A stretch of 64,000 bases of DNA from an uncultured Gammaproteobacteria bacterium (GTDB taxonomy: Bacteria > Pseudomonadota > Gammaproteobacteria > Steroidobacterales > Rariloculaceae): positions 64,052 through 128,051 of the forward strand of contig CAZCZE010000064.1 of NCBI GenBank assembly GCA_964503125.1, given 5' to 3'. Both the position numbers and the translations under genes were made by a program. This document shows, in pieces, positions 18,205 through 27,220 of this stretch (position 1 is its first letter; each line of letters opens with the position of its first letter). The notes beneath the pieces are model-generated. The model was not told the DNA's origin, ran no database searches, and saw only the letters and a list, made by a program, of their open reading frames with translations.

Positions 18205-18855
18205 CTAGCGCCGCTCTAGATTGCGCGCGAGCAGCGACGTGGGCTGCGCCGCGGCGGCCGCGCGCCGGCGATGCTCCTCGCCCACGGCGTTGTCGCGCGC
18301 CATGAGCGACGCCGCGAACTCGAGCTCCGGCGCCCGTCCGGGTGCGAGCTCCGCCGCCTTCTGCACGAGCGCATAACCGTCGAGCGCCGCGCTGGCACCC
18401 ACGAGCAGCGGCTCGTATCCCTTCGGCGTGGGCAGCATGCCGTGCACGTGGATGAGGTTGTACTGGCGATAGGTCTCGACGAGATAGCCCGCGTCGAACC
18501 ACGCGAGCGCCGTGGCGGCGGGAGCTTCAGTCCGCGCGACGACCGCGCGCAGCAGCTCCGCGCCGACGCGCTGATGCTTGGCGGCATAGATCGTCGCGCG
18601 GCGCAGGTTCTCCATCCGCGCGAGCACGGGCGCGTCTGCGGATAAGAGCTCCAGCGTGTCGGCCGTCAGGGCGTCCACGTCATAGCCCGGATCCGGCGAA
18701 TTCCAATCGCGGCCCGGGGCCCAGGGCAGGAGCGGCGCGCCGTCCGTGACGAACGGATGACAGATCAACGGCGGGCCGGCCAGCGCCGGTAGCGCAAACG
18801 TGAGCCCGACGGCGAGTGCGGCGACGATGCTCGTGGTGCGATGCGATGCGGACAT
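18205..18855 (-). CDS. hypothetical secreted protein
   Basis: ATG at 18855 is preceded by AAGGAG. Signal MSASHRTTSIVAALAVGLTFALPALAG. No family recognised. Confidence 0.7.
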   Translation of the reverse strand: MSASHRTTSIVAALAVGLTFALPALAGPPLICHPFVTDGAPLLPWAPGRDWNSPDPGYDVDALTADTLELLSADAPVLARMENLRRATIYAAKHQRVGAELLRAVVARTEAPAATALAWFDAGYLVETYRQYNLIHVHGMLPTPKGYEPLLVGASAALDGYALVQKAAELAPGRAPELEFAASLMARDNAVGEEHRRRAAAAAQPTSLLARNLERR

Positions 18856-19024
18856 GGCGAGTCTCCTTGTTGGAGGTGCGAGGGAAATCCGCCCGCAGTA
18901 TCGGCCGCTCAGTCTGCCCCAGGGCGTCACTCGCCGTGAGATCTAACCGTTACTAACCCCTCCGCCGCGGGCCCGCGGCGGCCCGAGGCTCACGCCGCCG
19001 TGCCGTTGTGGGAGACTAGCGCCC

Positions 19025-19921
19025 ATGCCAGCCACCCCCGAAGACGTGCGGCGCCAGCTCGAGCGCGTGCTGTCGAGCCCGGTATTCACGAGCTCCGAGC
19101 GCCTGCGGCGGTTCCTCGAGTTCGTCGTCGAGCGTACGCTCGCGGGCGACGGCGAGCGCCTCAAGGAATACGTCATCGGCGTCGAGGTCTTCGACCGCGA
19201 CGCCGACTACGACCCGCGCCTCGACTCGATCGTGCGCGTCGAGGCGGCGCGGCTGCGTACCAAGCTCGCCGAGTACTACCAGGGCGACGGCCGCGCCGAC
19301 ACCGTCGTGCTGACGATGCCGAAGGGCGGGTATGCGCCCGTTTTCAACGTGATCGCCGCCGCGAGTCCCGGCGCGACGGATCCCAGCACCGCACCACCCG
19401 AGCCGCCGCCCGCCACCGAGGCGAAGCCCACTTTAAGCTCGCGGCGACTGTGGTCGCTCGGGGCGGCCGCGGCCGTACTCGTCGTGGCGGTCGTCGCCGG
19501 TGTGCGCGCGCCGTGGACGGCCGAGAACGCACCGCGGCTACGCATCGCGGTCACGCCGTTCGAGACGTACTCCGCAGATACCGGCGAGCAGCTGTTGGCC
19601 ACGCGCCTCACCGAGGGTGTCACGGCCGAGCTCGTGCGCCTCGATACCTTTCACGTGGTCGCGAGCTCGACGGCCAGGGCCGTGGCCAGCGGCAACGATC
19701 GCGTCCGCGACCTCGCCGCGGCGCTCGAGGCCGACGTGCTCGTGCAGGCCCGCGTCGTGACCGAAGGCGACGGTTTGCGCGTCGAAGCGCGCGCCGTGAG
19801 CGGCACGCTCGAGCACAAGTTCTGGGTCCAGAATTTCCATGGCGACGTCGCGGATCTCGATGCGCTCGAGCGCGAGATCGCCGCAGCCGTCGCCGACGTG
19901 CGTTACGAGCCGCTTCGGTAG
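19025..19921 (+). CDS. membrane-anchored protein with a conserved regulator-like N-terminal module
   Basis: 298 aa. N-terminus RRQLERVLSSPVFTSSERLRRFLEFVVERTLAG...LKEYVIGVEVFDR...DPRLDSIVRVEAARLR is a module I recall at the N-termini of TPR/cyclase/kinase proteins. A central TM segment is followed by a TolB-N-like RIAVTPFE segment. Confidence 0.65.
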   Translation: MPATPEDVRRQLERVLSSPVFTSSERLRRFLEFVVERTLAGDGERLKEYVIGVEVFDRDADYDPRLDSIVRVEAARLRTKLAEYYQGDGRADTVVLTMPKGGYAPVFNVIAAASPGATDPSTAPPEPPPATEAKPTLSSRRLWSLGAAAAVLVVAVVAGVRAPWTAENAPRLRIAVTPFETYSADTGEQLLATRLTEGVTAELVRLDTFHVVASSTARAVASGNDRVRDLAAALEADVLVQARVVTEGDGLRVEARAVSGTLEHKFWVQNFHGDVADLDALEREIAAAVADVRYEPLR

Positions 19922-19992
19922 CCCACGCGGTCAGTGGCGCCACCGCCCCCTGCTAAGATCGCGACCAACGCATAGGACAACCGCCCACCGCC

Positions 19993-20970
19993 ATGGAACG
20001 CTGCGCCCTTCTACTGCTCGCCCTCGCAGGCTCGGTGGCCGTCGCACGGGCCGGCGGCGCCCAAGAGGCCGACGCCGCAGCCACCACGATCGAAGAGATC
20101 ACGATCATCGGCCGCTACCCCGGCCCGCCGCTCTGGAAAGTGTCGTCGGGCGAGCGCGTGCTCTGGATTTTCGGCGAGCTTTCGCCCGTGCCGAAGGGGC
20201 TCGACTGGGACCCGCGCAACGCCGAGCGTGTGCTCGAGCGCGCCGAGGTCGTCATCGGTGCGCCGCGCGTCAGCGCCACGACGCTGAATCCGATCCGGCT
20301 GTTCCGCTTGTTTCGGGCCGCGCGCCGGCTCGCACGCACTCCGAAGGGCACGACGCTCGCCGACCAGTTGCCGCCCGAGCTCTACGAGCGTTACAGCACA
20401 CTACGGACACGTCACTTGCCGGACGACGACGAGGACGACGAGGAGCTCCGCCCCGCGCTCGCAGCGCTGCGCCTCTACGGCGCGGCGCTCGACGACGTGG
20501 GCCTCACGGCCGACTCGCGTGTCGGCAAGACGATCGGGCGGCTCATGCGCCGCTCACGCGCCGACGAGGCCAAGATCGTCATCGAGACCGAGCCCGAGAC
20601 CGTAATCGAGGAGCTCGGCAAGGTGACGCGCGAGGCCGAGCTCACGTGCTTCGCCACGATCATGACGAGCATCGAGACCGATCTCGCCGCGATGAAGGAG
20701 CGCGCCAACGCCTGGGCCATCGGCGACGTCTACGCGCTGCGGCGTTTCGACTACCCCGACTCGCAAGGCAATTGCCTCGCGATGCTGTTCACGGCCGGCG
20801 GGCTCGCGGAGTTGCGCGACAAGCTCTACGCCGATTGGCTCGCCGAGGCCGAGCGCGCGCTCGCAAACCACGAGCGCAGTTTCTCCGTGCTGCCGATGCG
20901 CGAGCTCGTCGCCGCCGACGGCCTGCTCGCGCAACTCGAAGCGCGCGGCTACACCGTTACCCCACCCTAG
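19993..20970 (+). CDS. TraB/GumN family protein
   Basis: 325 aa with a signal peptide. PPLWKVSSGERVLWIFG, a conserved mid-region and a C-terminal block resemble the TraB/GumN family. Confidence 0.8.
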   Translation: MERCALLLLALAGSVAVARAGGAQEADAAATTIEEITIIGRYPGPPLWKVSSGERVLWIFGELSPVPKGLDWDPRNAERVLERAEVVIGAPRVSATTLNPIRLFRLFRAARRLARTPKGTTLADQLPPELYERYSTLRTRHLPDDDEDDEELRPALAALRLYGAALDDVGLTADSRVGKTIGRLMRRSRADEAKIVIETEPETVIEELGKVTREAELTCFATIMTSIETDLAAMKERANAWAIGDVYALRRFDYPDSQGNCLAMLFTAGGLAELRDKLYADWLAEAERALANHERSFSVLPMRELVAADGLLAQLEARGYTVTPP

Positions 20971-22130
20971 TGGGCGGCGGCGCGGTGGCGCGCCAGCAAA
21001 TCCTCGCCGAAGTCGCCCGCTCGGCTGCGCCAGACCTCGTGGATGTGGTTGGCGTTGCCCTGGACGTTGTCGTATTCGAACAGGAAGTCGCGGGTCTGGA
21101 TGCGGTAGTAGTGCGGCTCGCCTTTCTCGAGCCCACCGATCCAGGCGAAGCGCAGGCCGTCGAGATCGAGGGAGGCACGATAGGCGTCGGCGATCTCGGG
21201 CCGATAGGTCGTGAAGACCTCGTCGAGGATCGCGAGCAACGTCGCCTGCTGCGCGCCGTCGAGCTCGCGAAACGCGATGCCGTCGGGCTGAATCGCCGTC
21301 GTCCACGAGTCCCAGTCGCTGCGGTCGGTGAGGATCGTCGACGCGATGAGGTCCCACGGTATATCGCCGGCATAGCTGAAGCCGCCCTGGGCGTTCCACT
21401 CCGGCGTGCCTGGCACGGTCGCCGCCCTCCGCTGCGCCGGCGTCAGCGACGTCGCGAGCTGCCGGCCGAGGTCCTCCTCGACGCGCAGCACGCGCAGCCC
21501 CGCGAGCGGCCCGGACATCACCGTGGCGGGGTCGGCGCCCAGGAACGTCGGCGTGACCGTGAAGCCCTGCCCCGGCACGACGCTGATGGACAGCGAGAGG
21601 TGGTGGCCTTCGAACCGCCACGCCCACGGCACGGTGTCGCTGGGCTCGCCGAACAGCGTGACGCTGTAGTCCTCGATGCCGCGCGGGAAGCCCGTGCCGG
21701 AATTCGCCTGCAGCACGTTCTCGAGCTGCATGATGTTGAGCAGCTTGTGGTAGCCGCGGTTGCTGAGCAGCAGCCACAGGAGCTCGTGCGTGAGCGCGCG
21801 GTGCTTCGCGTGCATGAGGTCGAACGACAGCCCCGACCGCTCCGTGGGCCAGTACTGCCATTGCTCGCGCCACGGGCTATCGACGGGCAGCAGCAGCTTG
21901 TCCTCCATCGAATATGACCGCAGCCGCTCCGAGAATTCGGGCGCGCCGCGCACGGATTCGAGTAGCGCACGGGCGGCCGCCGTCATCGCCTTCGCGACGG
22001 CCGGATCCTCGACGGCAGGTGTGGGCGACCGGGGCTGAGCGAACGCAACGGTCGCCGCCACCGCCCACGACAACACGACAACTTGGCGGACGGCGAGACT
22101 AACCCATGCACTCCGACCGATCTGCTTCAC
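20967..22130 (-). CDS. DUF3500 domain protein (secreted)
   Basis: 387 aa with a signal peptide. Blocks WRFEGHHLSLSI and EPHYYRIQTRDFLFEYDNVQGNANHIHEVWR are typical of DUF3500. Confidence 0.85.
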   Translation of the reverse strand: MKQIGRSAWVSLAVRQVVVLSWAVAATVAFAQPRSPTPAVEDPAVAKAMTAAARALLESVRGAPEFSERLRSYSMEDKLLLPVDSPWREQWQYWPTERSGLSFDLMHAKHRALTHELLWLLLSNRGYHKLLNIMQLENVLQANSGTGFPRGIEDYSVTLFGEPSDTVPWAWRFEGHHLSLSISVVPGQGFTVTPTFLGADPATVMSGPLAGLRVLRVEEDLGRQLATSLTPAQRRAATVPGTPEWNAQGGFSYAGDIPWDLIASTILTDRSDWDSWTTAIQPDGIAFRELDGAQQATLLAILDEVFTTYRPEIADAYRASLDLDGLRFAWIGGLEKGEPHYYRIQTRDFLFEYDNVQGNANHIHEVWRSRAGDFGEDLLARHRAAAH

Positions 22131-22307
22131 GACGGCTCTACCTCGGCTTCAGCTCGTGCCATACGATGGCTTGCGGCACGGCCCGTGACAAGAGGCGGCT
22201 TGGCGAGCGAAACGACGCGTACGCTCGCCGAGCAAGCCGCGTGCTAAGGTTGTCGCATCGGACATACCTCATCGCAACGTCCTGTAAACCAGCGGGGGGA
22301 ACTCATC

Positions 22308-22766
22308 ATGCGGACGGCAACGAGCGGGTCACGGCTTTCGCGGGTCACGGGTATCGTGCTCCTCATTGCGCTCACTCCGCTTGCGGCGCTCGCTCAAGGA
22401 AACTCCGGGTTGCCGCCGCCGCTCGCCGAATTCTTGTCATCGCTGCCGCCACTGCCTTTACGTCAGGTGATAGGCCCGGCCACAGGCAAAGCCCTCAACG
22501 ACGCCATCGCAGCGCTCAAGGCAGAGCGGTACGACGAAGCGCGCGCCGCGCTCGGCAGTTTGACGCTCGATCGGTTGAGCCCGTTCGAGCGGGCGAACGC
22601 CGAGCACATTCTGTTCAGGATCGCGTACGCCGATGGAGAGTACGGCGAGGCGCGCCAACACATCCTGAACGCGATCGATTCCGGCGGGTTGAACGAACAG
22701 GAAACTGCTAACGCTCAAGACCGACTCAAGCAGACCGACGCGCTCGCGACGGCTCCCCCCACGTAG
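22308..22766 (+). CDS. small secreted TPR-like protein
   Basis: 152 aa with a signal peptide (IVLLIALTPLAALAQ). Helical ALKAERYDEARAAL...AYADGEYGEARQHI repeats. Confidence 0.65.
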   Translation: MRTATSGSRLSRVTGIVLLIALTPLAALAQGNSGLPPPLAEFLSSLPPLPLRQVIGPATGKALNDAIAALKAERYDEARAALGSLTLDRLSPFERANAEHILFRIAYADGEYGEARQHILNAIDSGGLNEQETANAQDRLKQTDALATAPPT

Positions 22767-22770
22767 CGCG

Positions 22771-24012
22771 ATGACTAGTTCGACGTGGGTGCTCGCTGCG
22801 AGCCTAGTGCTCGCTGGGGCAGCAGCGCACGGCCAGGACGACGGCGCGATCTTTCCCGGGCGCAAAGGTGGCCAAGACACGTTCGGTCACTACACGGTCG
22901 TCGCCGACTGGCCGAAGCCGCTCGCGCAACTGCCGGGCCACGACGGCTGGACCTACGGCGCCGCGCAGAGCGTGTTCGCGCAAACGCCCGACCGCGTGTT
23001 CGTGCTCCAGCGCGGCGAGCTGCCGCTGCTCGAGCGGCCGGCGACCCAGCGCCTGCGGGCGGTTGCGCCGAGCCTCGAGTATCCGGTGTTTCGGCTACCG
23101 ATCCGCAGCGCGACGGTCGCAAGCCCGCCCGCAGGCGGCGCCGCGGGCGCGATGCCGCCCGACGGCCTCAAGGCCTGGCAGGACCAAGGCGGCGTGCTCG
23201 GCGTCGACGCACGCTGGGAGCACTCCGTGCTCGTGTTCGATCGCGACGGCAACATCGTCGAGAGCTGGACGCAATGGGACTCGCTGCTCGCGCGTCCCCA
23301 CGCCGTCTACGTGAGCCCGTACGATCCGGAACAGCACGTCTGGATCGTCGACGACTTTCGCCACGCGATCTTCAAGTTCACGAACGACGGCAAGGAACTC
23401 GTGCAGACGATCGGCACGTTCAACGAGCGCGGTGCCGACGCGACGCACTTCTTCCGCCCGACGTTCATGGCCTGGCTGCCCGACGGCACGTTCTTCGTCG
23501 CCGACGGCTACGAGAACACGCGCGTCGTGAAGTTCGACGCAACGGGCAAGTACCTCGCGGCCTGGGGCGAGCGAGGCACGCCGCCGAACGACACGCGCCC
23601 CGGCTACCTCAACAACGTACACGGCATCGCCGTGGATCCGCGCACGCGGCGCGTGTTCGTCAACGATCGCGCCAACAATCGCGCCCAGGTATTCGACGAG
23701 AACGGCCGTTTTCTCGATCAGTGGTCGTTTGGCGGACCGCCCTCCGACATTCACATGTTCCTCATCGACGGCGATGGCTTTCTATGGGCCGCGGATCGCG
23801 GCACGAACAAAGTCCTCAAGTACTCGCTCGACGGTCAGTTGCTCTACTCGTGGGGCACGTGGGGCACGTTCCCCGGCGGCATGTGGGGCGTGCACGGCAT
23901 GAGCGTCGACTCCGAAGGCAACTTCTACACGGCCGAGGTCGACTCCGGCCGCGTGCAGAAATTCCGCCCGCTGCCCGACGCGAATCCGCGCTATCTCGTC
24001 AGCCCGCCTTAG
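22771..24012 (+). CDS. NHL-repeat beta-propeller protein (PAL-like)
   Basis: 413 aa with a signal peptide. Repeated HGIAVDPRTRRVFVNDRANNRAQVFDENG and FLWAADRGTNKVLKYSLDG type NHL blades. Confidence 0.85.
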   Translation: MTSSTWVLAASLVLAGAAAHGQDDGAIFPGRKGGQDTFGHYTVVADWPKPLAQLPGHDGWTYGAAQSVFAQTPDRVFVLQRGELPLLERPATQRLRAVAPSLEYPVFRLPIRSATVASPPAGGAAGAMPPDGLKAWQDQGGVLGVDARWEHSVLVFDRDGNIVESWTQWDSLLARPHAVYVSPYDPEQHVWIVDDFRHAIFKFTNDGKELVQTIGTFNERGADATHFFRPTFMAWLPDGTFFVADGYENTRVVKFDATGKYLAAWGERGTPPNDTRPGYLNNVHGIAVDPRTRRVFVNDRANNRAQVFDENGRFLDQWSFGGPPSDIHMFLIDGDGFLWAADRGTNKVLKYSLDGQLLYSWGTWGTFPGGMWGVHGMSVDSEGNFYTAEVDSGRVQKFRPLPDANPRYLVSPP

Positions 24013-24025
24013 AAAACGACGAGAA

Positions 24026-25234
24026 TCAATTGACCGTGGTGCCGGTGGCGCAGACCGCGGCGGCCGAGCCGCCCTGAAGCGGAACGATCGCGAGCGTATC
24101 GCCGCGCTCTTCGTAGGCGAATCCGGCGCAATTCAAGACGCGCTGCAGCGCCTCTCGCGCCGGAACGTTTTGAACCTGCACCGTGACTGTGCGGTCGCCG
24201 AGCTGCTCGAGACCAATGATTTCCGCCGGACCAGAGAAATCCCTGATCAGCTCGACGACCTTGGTGATTTGAAGCCTGTTGAAGTTCAGCGTGAGGGGCT
24301 TGTCGGAAACCAGGTCGGCGACCGAAACCGGCGCCTTCGTCAACGCAAACACGCCGACGAGCGCGCAGAGCGCGATACCGACGACGTCCCTAAAAAGCGA
24401 AGCCTTGTGCGTCCTGATCATCGCGATTCTCTCCCTTTGATTGCCGAAAAAATGCAGCAAAGACGGAAACAGATAGGCGCCGGCACCGACCAACAATGCC
24501 CGGCCGTAGCTGTAGCGGTCATCGTTACTGCTGGCACCGAGAACAGCCTGATCGCACGCGAGCTCTTGATCGTCGCGCATGGCGCTGGCGGCGAGGTGAA
24601 CGATGGGGTTGAACCAAAACACGCTGCGCAGCAATTCCCAGAGCGCTTGGATCCAGAGGTCCCCTCGGGCCGAGTGCGTCAGCTCGTGCTGGACGACCCA
24701 CTTCTGCTCCTCGGGCGAGAAGCGCTGAAAGAAGTCGGTCGGAAGGTGAACGAGAGGACGAACCAAGCCGGTGACGAAAGGCGTGCCCGGCAAGTCCGTG
24801 ACGAAATACCTCGGGCCACGCCGGCGCAGTCGCTCGGGTATCAGCGCGGACAATCCGGACGGCAATTCGATGACCGACGAGTGGTTAGCAAGCATGCGTC
24901 TGAACCTGATCGCGCCGGCAATCCGTACCGCCATCCAGAGCAGCGCGCCACCCAACCAGAGCGCGACCCAGGGCACGCCCGCGGGTAGCACCCAAACGTC
25001 GGGCGATGGATAGATTGCGATCGACAATTCTCCGCCGGGCACGCCGACGCTTTCGACGAGCGTTCTCGGCAATTCCGGGCGGTCGATCAAGACGGCGCGA
25101 ATGACGGGGATGAACCATAGCCAGTATGCCGCGCGCGCCCCGAGCGCTCGACGCACGAAAGGCCGAACCAAGAGGACGAGCCCTATGAGGAGGCTGACCT
25201 CGAGCGTGGTTCGATAAAGCCACTCAACGAGCAT
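24026..25234 (-). CDS. M56 family (BlaR1-like) membrane metallopeptidase with a C-terminal STN/secretin-N-like domain
   Basis: 402 aa with N-terminal TM segments. HExxH is present as VVQHELTHSARGD. The C-terminus LTLNFNRLQITKVVELIRDFS...VQNVPAREALQRVLNCAGFAYEERGDTLAIVP resembles an STN-type domain, not a penicillin-binding sensor. Confidence 0.88.
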   Translation of the reverse strand: MLVEWLYRTTLEVSLLIGLVLLVRPFVRRALGARAAYWLWFIPVIRAVLIDRPELPRTLVESVGVPGGELSIAIYPSPDVWVLPAGVPWVALWLGGALLWMAVRIAGAIRFRRMLANHSSVIELPSGLSALIPERLRRRGPRYFVTDLPGTPFVTGLVRPLVHLPTDFFQRFSPEEQKWVVQHELTHSARGDLWIQALWELLRSVFWFNPIVHLAASAMRDDQELACDQAVLGASSNDDRYSYGRALLVGAGAYLFPSLLHFFGNQRERIAMIRTHKASLFRDVVGIALCALVGVFALTKAPVSVADLVSDKPLTLNFNRLQITKVVELIRDFSGPAEIIGLEQLGDRTVTVQVQNVPAREALQRVLNCAGFAYEERGDTLAIVPLQGGSAAAVCATGTTVN

Positions 25235-25595
25235 CTTTCTTCAGCCGTTTGAGAATCGCTTCCATCTCTTCGATGTCGCGCTTCGACAGCTTCTTCTGCT
25301 CGACGAAGTGCGCAATCAGGGCGGGCATTTGGCCGTCGAAGAAACGACTCAAAAGTCCAGCCGCTTCCGTGTCTACAACGGCTCCTTTCGTGACCAGCGG
25401 CTCGTAGAAGAAGCGCTTGCCATCCTTGCGCCTGCGCACGGCTTTCTTGCCGACGAGCCGGACGAGCAGCGTCTTGATCGTGTTCTCGTGCCAGTCGGAC
25501 TTGGACTGCACGCGCTCGACGATCTGCCCGACCGTGAGCGGTGATTCGTCCCAGAGCGCCTCGAGCACGTAGTGCTCCGACTTGGAAATGTTCAT
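25224..25595 (-). CDS. BlaI/MecI/CopY family transcriptional repressor
   Basis: 123 aa. MNISKSEHYVLEALWDESPLTVGQIVERV...WHENTIKTLLVRLVGKKAVRR is the winged-helix penicillinase-repressor fold. It overlaps the M56 gene by 11 nt. Confidence 0.9.
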   Translation of the reverse strand: MNISKSEHYVLEALWDESPLTVGQIVERVQSKSDWHENTIKTLLVRLVGKKAVRRRKDGKRFFYEPLVTKGAVVDTEAAGLLSRFFDGQMPALIAHFVEQKKLSKRDIEEMEAILKRLKKDAR

Positions 25596-25625
25596 TCTTG
25601 CCAGCGCCTACCTTAGTGGCCTTAA

Positions 25626-25643
25626 AGACTACGCTTGTAGTCT
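25626..25643. promoter_or_regulatory. palindromic candidate BlaI-type operator
   Basis: AGACTAC-GCTT-GTAGTCT has perfect 7-bp arms and lies 31 nt upstream of the repressor start. It contains a TAC...GTA dyad as in BlaI/MecI operators. Confidence 0.5.
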
Positions 25644-25740
25644 AAACGCTGTCAAGCGTAGAGTCGTGTAGCTCTGCGCGCGATGAGTTACCTGTGCTGC
25701 GGCACGCACCGCAGCAGGCCGCGGCGTGTCCAGGGGAATA

Positions 25741-26016
25741 TTACGCGCTTCGTTTTCGGCGCGCCGCCGACCCACCTACCAGCCCGACATCGATCAGAAC
25801 GGCGATGACGACAACGGCCAGCTGGAGACCCTCTACGGATCCACGACTATTGATCGCCCACGCGTACGCCAGCGTCGTCAACGGCAGGAACAGAAACCCA
25901 AGGAATGGCCAGAGTACGGACTCATACGCTCGATCAATGTAGTCGCTGAAGACGACCACGAGCACGATAACGAACCGAGGCGCCATCAGCGCCAGGCAAC
26001 CGATCACGATTGGCAT
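25741..26016 (-). CDS. small hypothetical membrane protein
   Basis: 91 aa with 3 hydrophobic segments. Same strand as the flanking genes. Confidence 0.6.
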   Translation of the reverse strand: MPIVIGCLALMAPRFVIVLVVVFSDYIDRAYESVLWPFLGFLFLPLTTLAYAWAINSRGSVEGLQLAVVVIAVLIDVGLVGGSAARRKRSA

Positions 26017-26038
26017 GAGGCGCGAGTCTACTCCGTTT

Positions 26039-26800
26039 TCACTCGTCGTCGAACTCGAGCAGCGCGTTCTCGAATTCCTCGTAGGTCGCGTTGTCCTCGC
26101 AGACGAGCTCGTCGATCGTCCAGTCGGTCTTGCGGTAGTAGCGCGAGAACTCCCACGGCTTGGCGAGCGCGATCGGATCGTCGACGCGCATGTCGATCTG
26201 GAGCTGGCCTTCGTCGTTCAAGTGGATGCGCTCGGTCAGCTTCATCTCTTCGCTGTGCGGCACGGCGATGCGGTCGAGCCAAGTCTTGTCGTTGAACTGC
26301 GCCGTCTCGACGACGAGCGTCTTGCCTTCCCAATGGCCGATCGAGTCGCCCATCCAGGACGGCGCGAGATCGGTACGGTGCTCGCGGCCGTCAGTGTAGA
26401 TCTGCCGTACGAGGTGGTCGTACTCGAACACCATGAGCACGCGACCCGGCAGCTGAATGATCTCCATCGGGAACGGATGGATGTAGATGCGCGGTGTGCC
26501 GGGCGGATAACACTTGTAGACGAGATCGTCGGTCTCGGCGACGGCTACGCCGCGCGGGCCGCGCTGCGGTTTCGCGGCGTCGAACCTTGCCTGGCCCCAG
26601 GCCGTCATTTCGGGCAGGTCCTTGCTGAACGTATTGATCGCCCACTCGGCCGTACCCGGCAGATTGACGTTCGTCCAGACGCCGCTCAAATCGGCGTTGT
26701 GCTCGCCCGGCGTCGGCGCCTGGGCGTTCGCGCCCGACGTCGACACCAGCACCAGCAGCAAACCTACGGCGAGAGAAGCCGCCCAGCGTTCTCGATGCAT
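26039..26800 (-). CDS. secreted 'WEGDTLVVET'-family protein (paralog A)
   Basis: 253 aa. GGAGG RBS and a signal peptide. Blocks DDLVYKCYPPG, MGDSIGHWEGKTLVVETAQF, KLTERI and VDDPIALAKPW are shared with the ORFs at 39190, 44430 (C-terminal half) and 47146. Confidence 0.8.
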   Translation of the reverse strand: MHRERWAASLAVGLLLVLVSTSGANAQAPTPGEHNADLSGVWTNVNLPGTAEWAINTFSKDLPEMTAWGQARFDAAKPQRGPRGVAVAETDDLVYKCYPPGTPRIYIHPFPMEIIQLPGRVLMVFEYDHLVRQIYTDGREHRTDLAPSWMGDSIGHWEGKTLVVETAQFNDKTWLDRIAVPHSEEMKLTERIHLNDEGQLQIDMRVDDPIALAKPWEFSRYYRKTDWTIDELVCEDNATYEEFENALLEFDDE

Positions 26801-26810
26801 CTTCCCTCCG

Positions 26811-27194
26811 CTATTCGTCGTCGATCAGCACTGTGCCTTGGCCGTCAACGATCTTGAGAATGTCCATCATCGGCGCGCCGTTGCGCGCGGGATGGCCCGT
26901 CATCATGATGCTGTCGCCAGGCGTCAGGATCGACTTGTGCCACTTCACTGCACGCGCGTCGCGCGCGAGGCGATTCGGGCTCGTAAGCTCGCCCCCCCAC
27001 TTCGTCTCTTTGCCGTCGTCGCCTTTCACGACGATGTAGACGAGGACGTGCGGATTCACGAACTGAAAATCCGTGACCGTCCCCGCAACGGTGACTTTGT
27101 TCACGGGCTCGAAGACACCTGCGCCGTGATGCGCCGTGGCCGGCGGCGCCACCAGCAATCCAAGTGCCACGACCACACCGACTTTTGAGCTCAT
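26811..27194 (-). CDS. DUF6152-like small secreted protein
   Basis: ATG at 27194 follows GGAGGA. Signal then ATAHHGAGVFEP...VTVAGTVTDFQFVNPHVLV, the HH...NPH pattern I recall for DUF6152. 10 nt upstream of paralog A. Confidence 0.8.
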   Translation of the reverse strand: MSSKVGVVVALGLLVAPPATAHHGAGVFEPVNKVTVAGTVTDFQFVNPHVLVYIVVKGDDGKETKWGGELTSPNRLARDARAVKWHKSILTPGDSIMMTGHPARNGAPMMDILKIVDGQGTVLIDDE

Positions 27195-27220
27195 GCTGCT
27201 TCCTCCCCGCTTGGGCTCGG

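Noticed and set aside
20967-20970. 4-nt CTAG stop-stop overlaps of convergent genes (20967..20970 and 43644..43647) as possible regulatory features.
   Set aside because: CTAG reads as a stop on both strands. Such overlaps arise trivially in compact genomes, and I see no associated structure.
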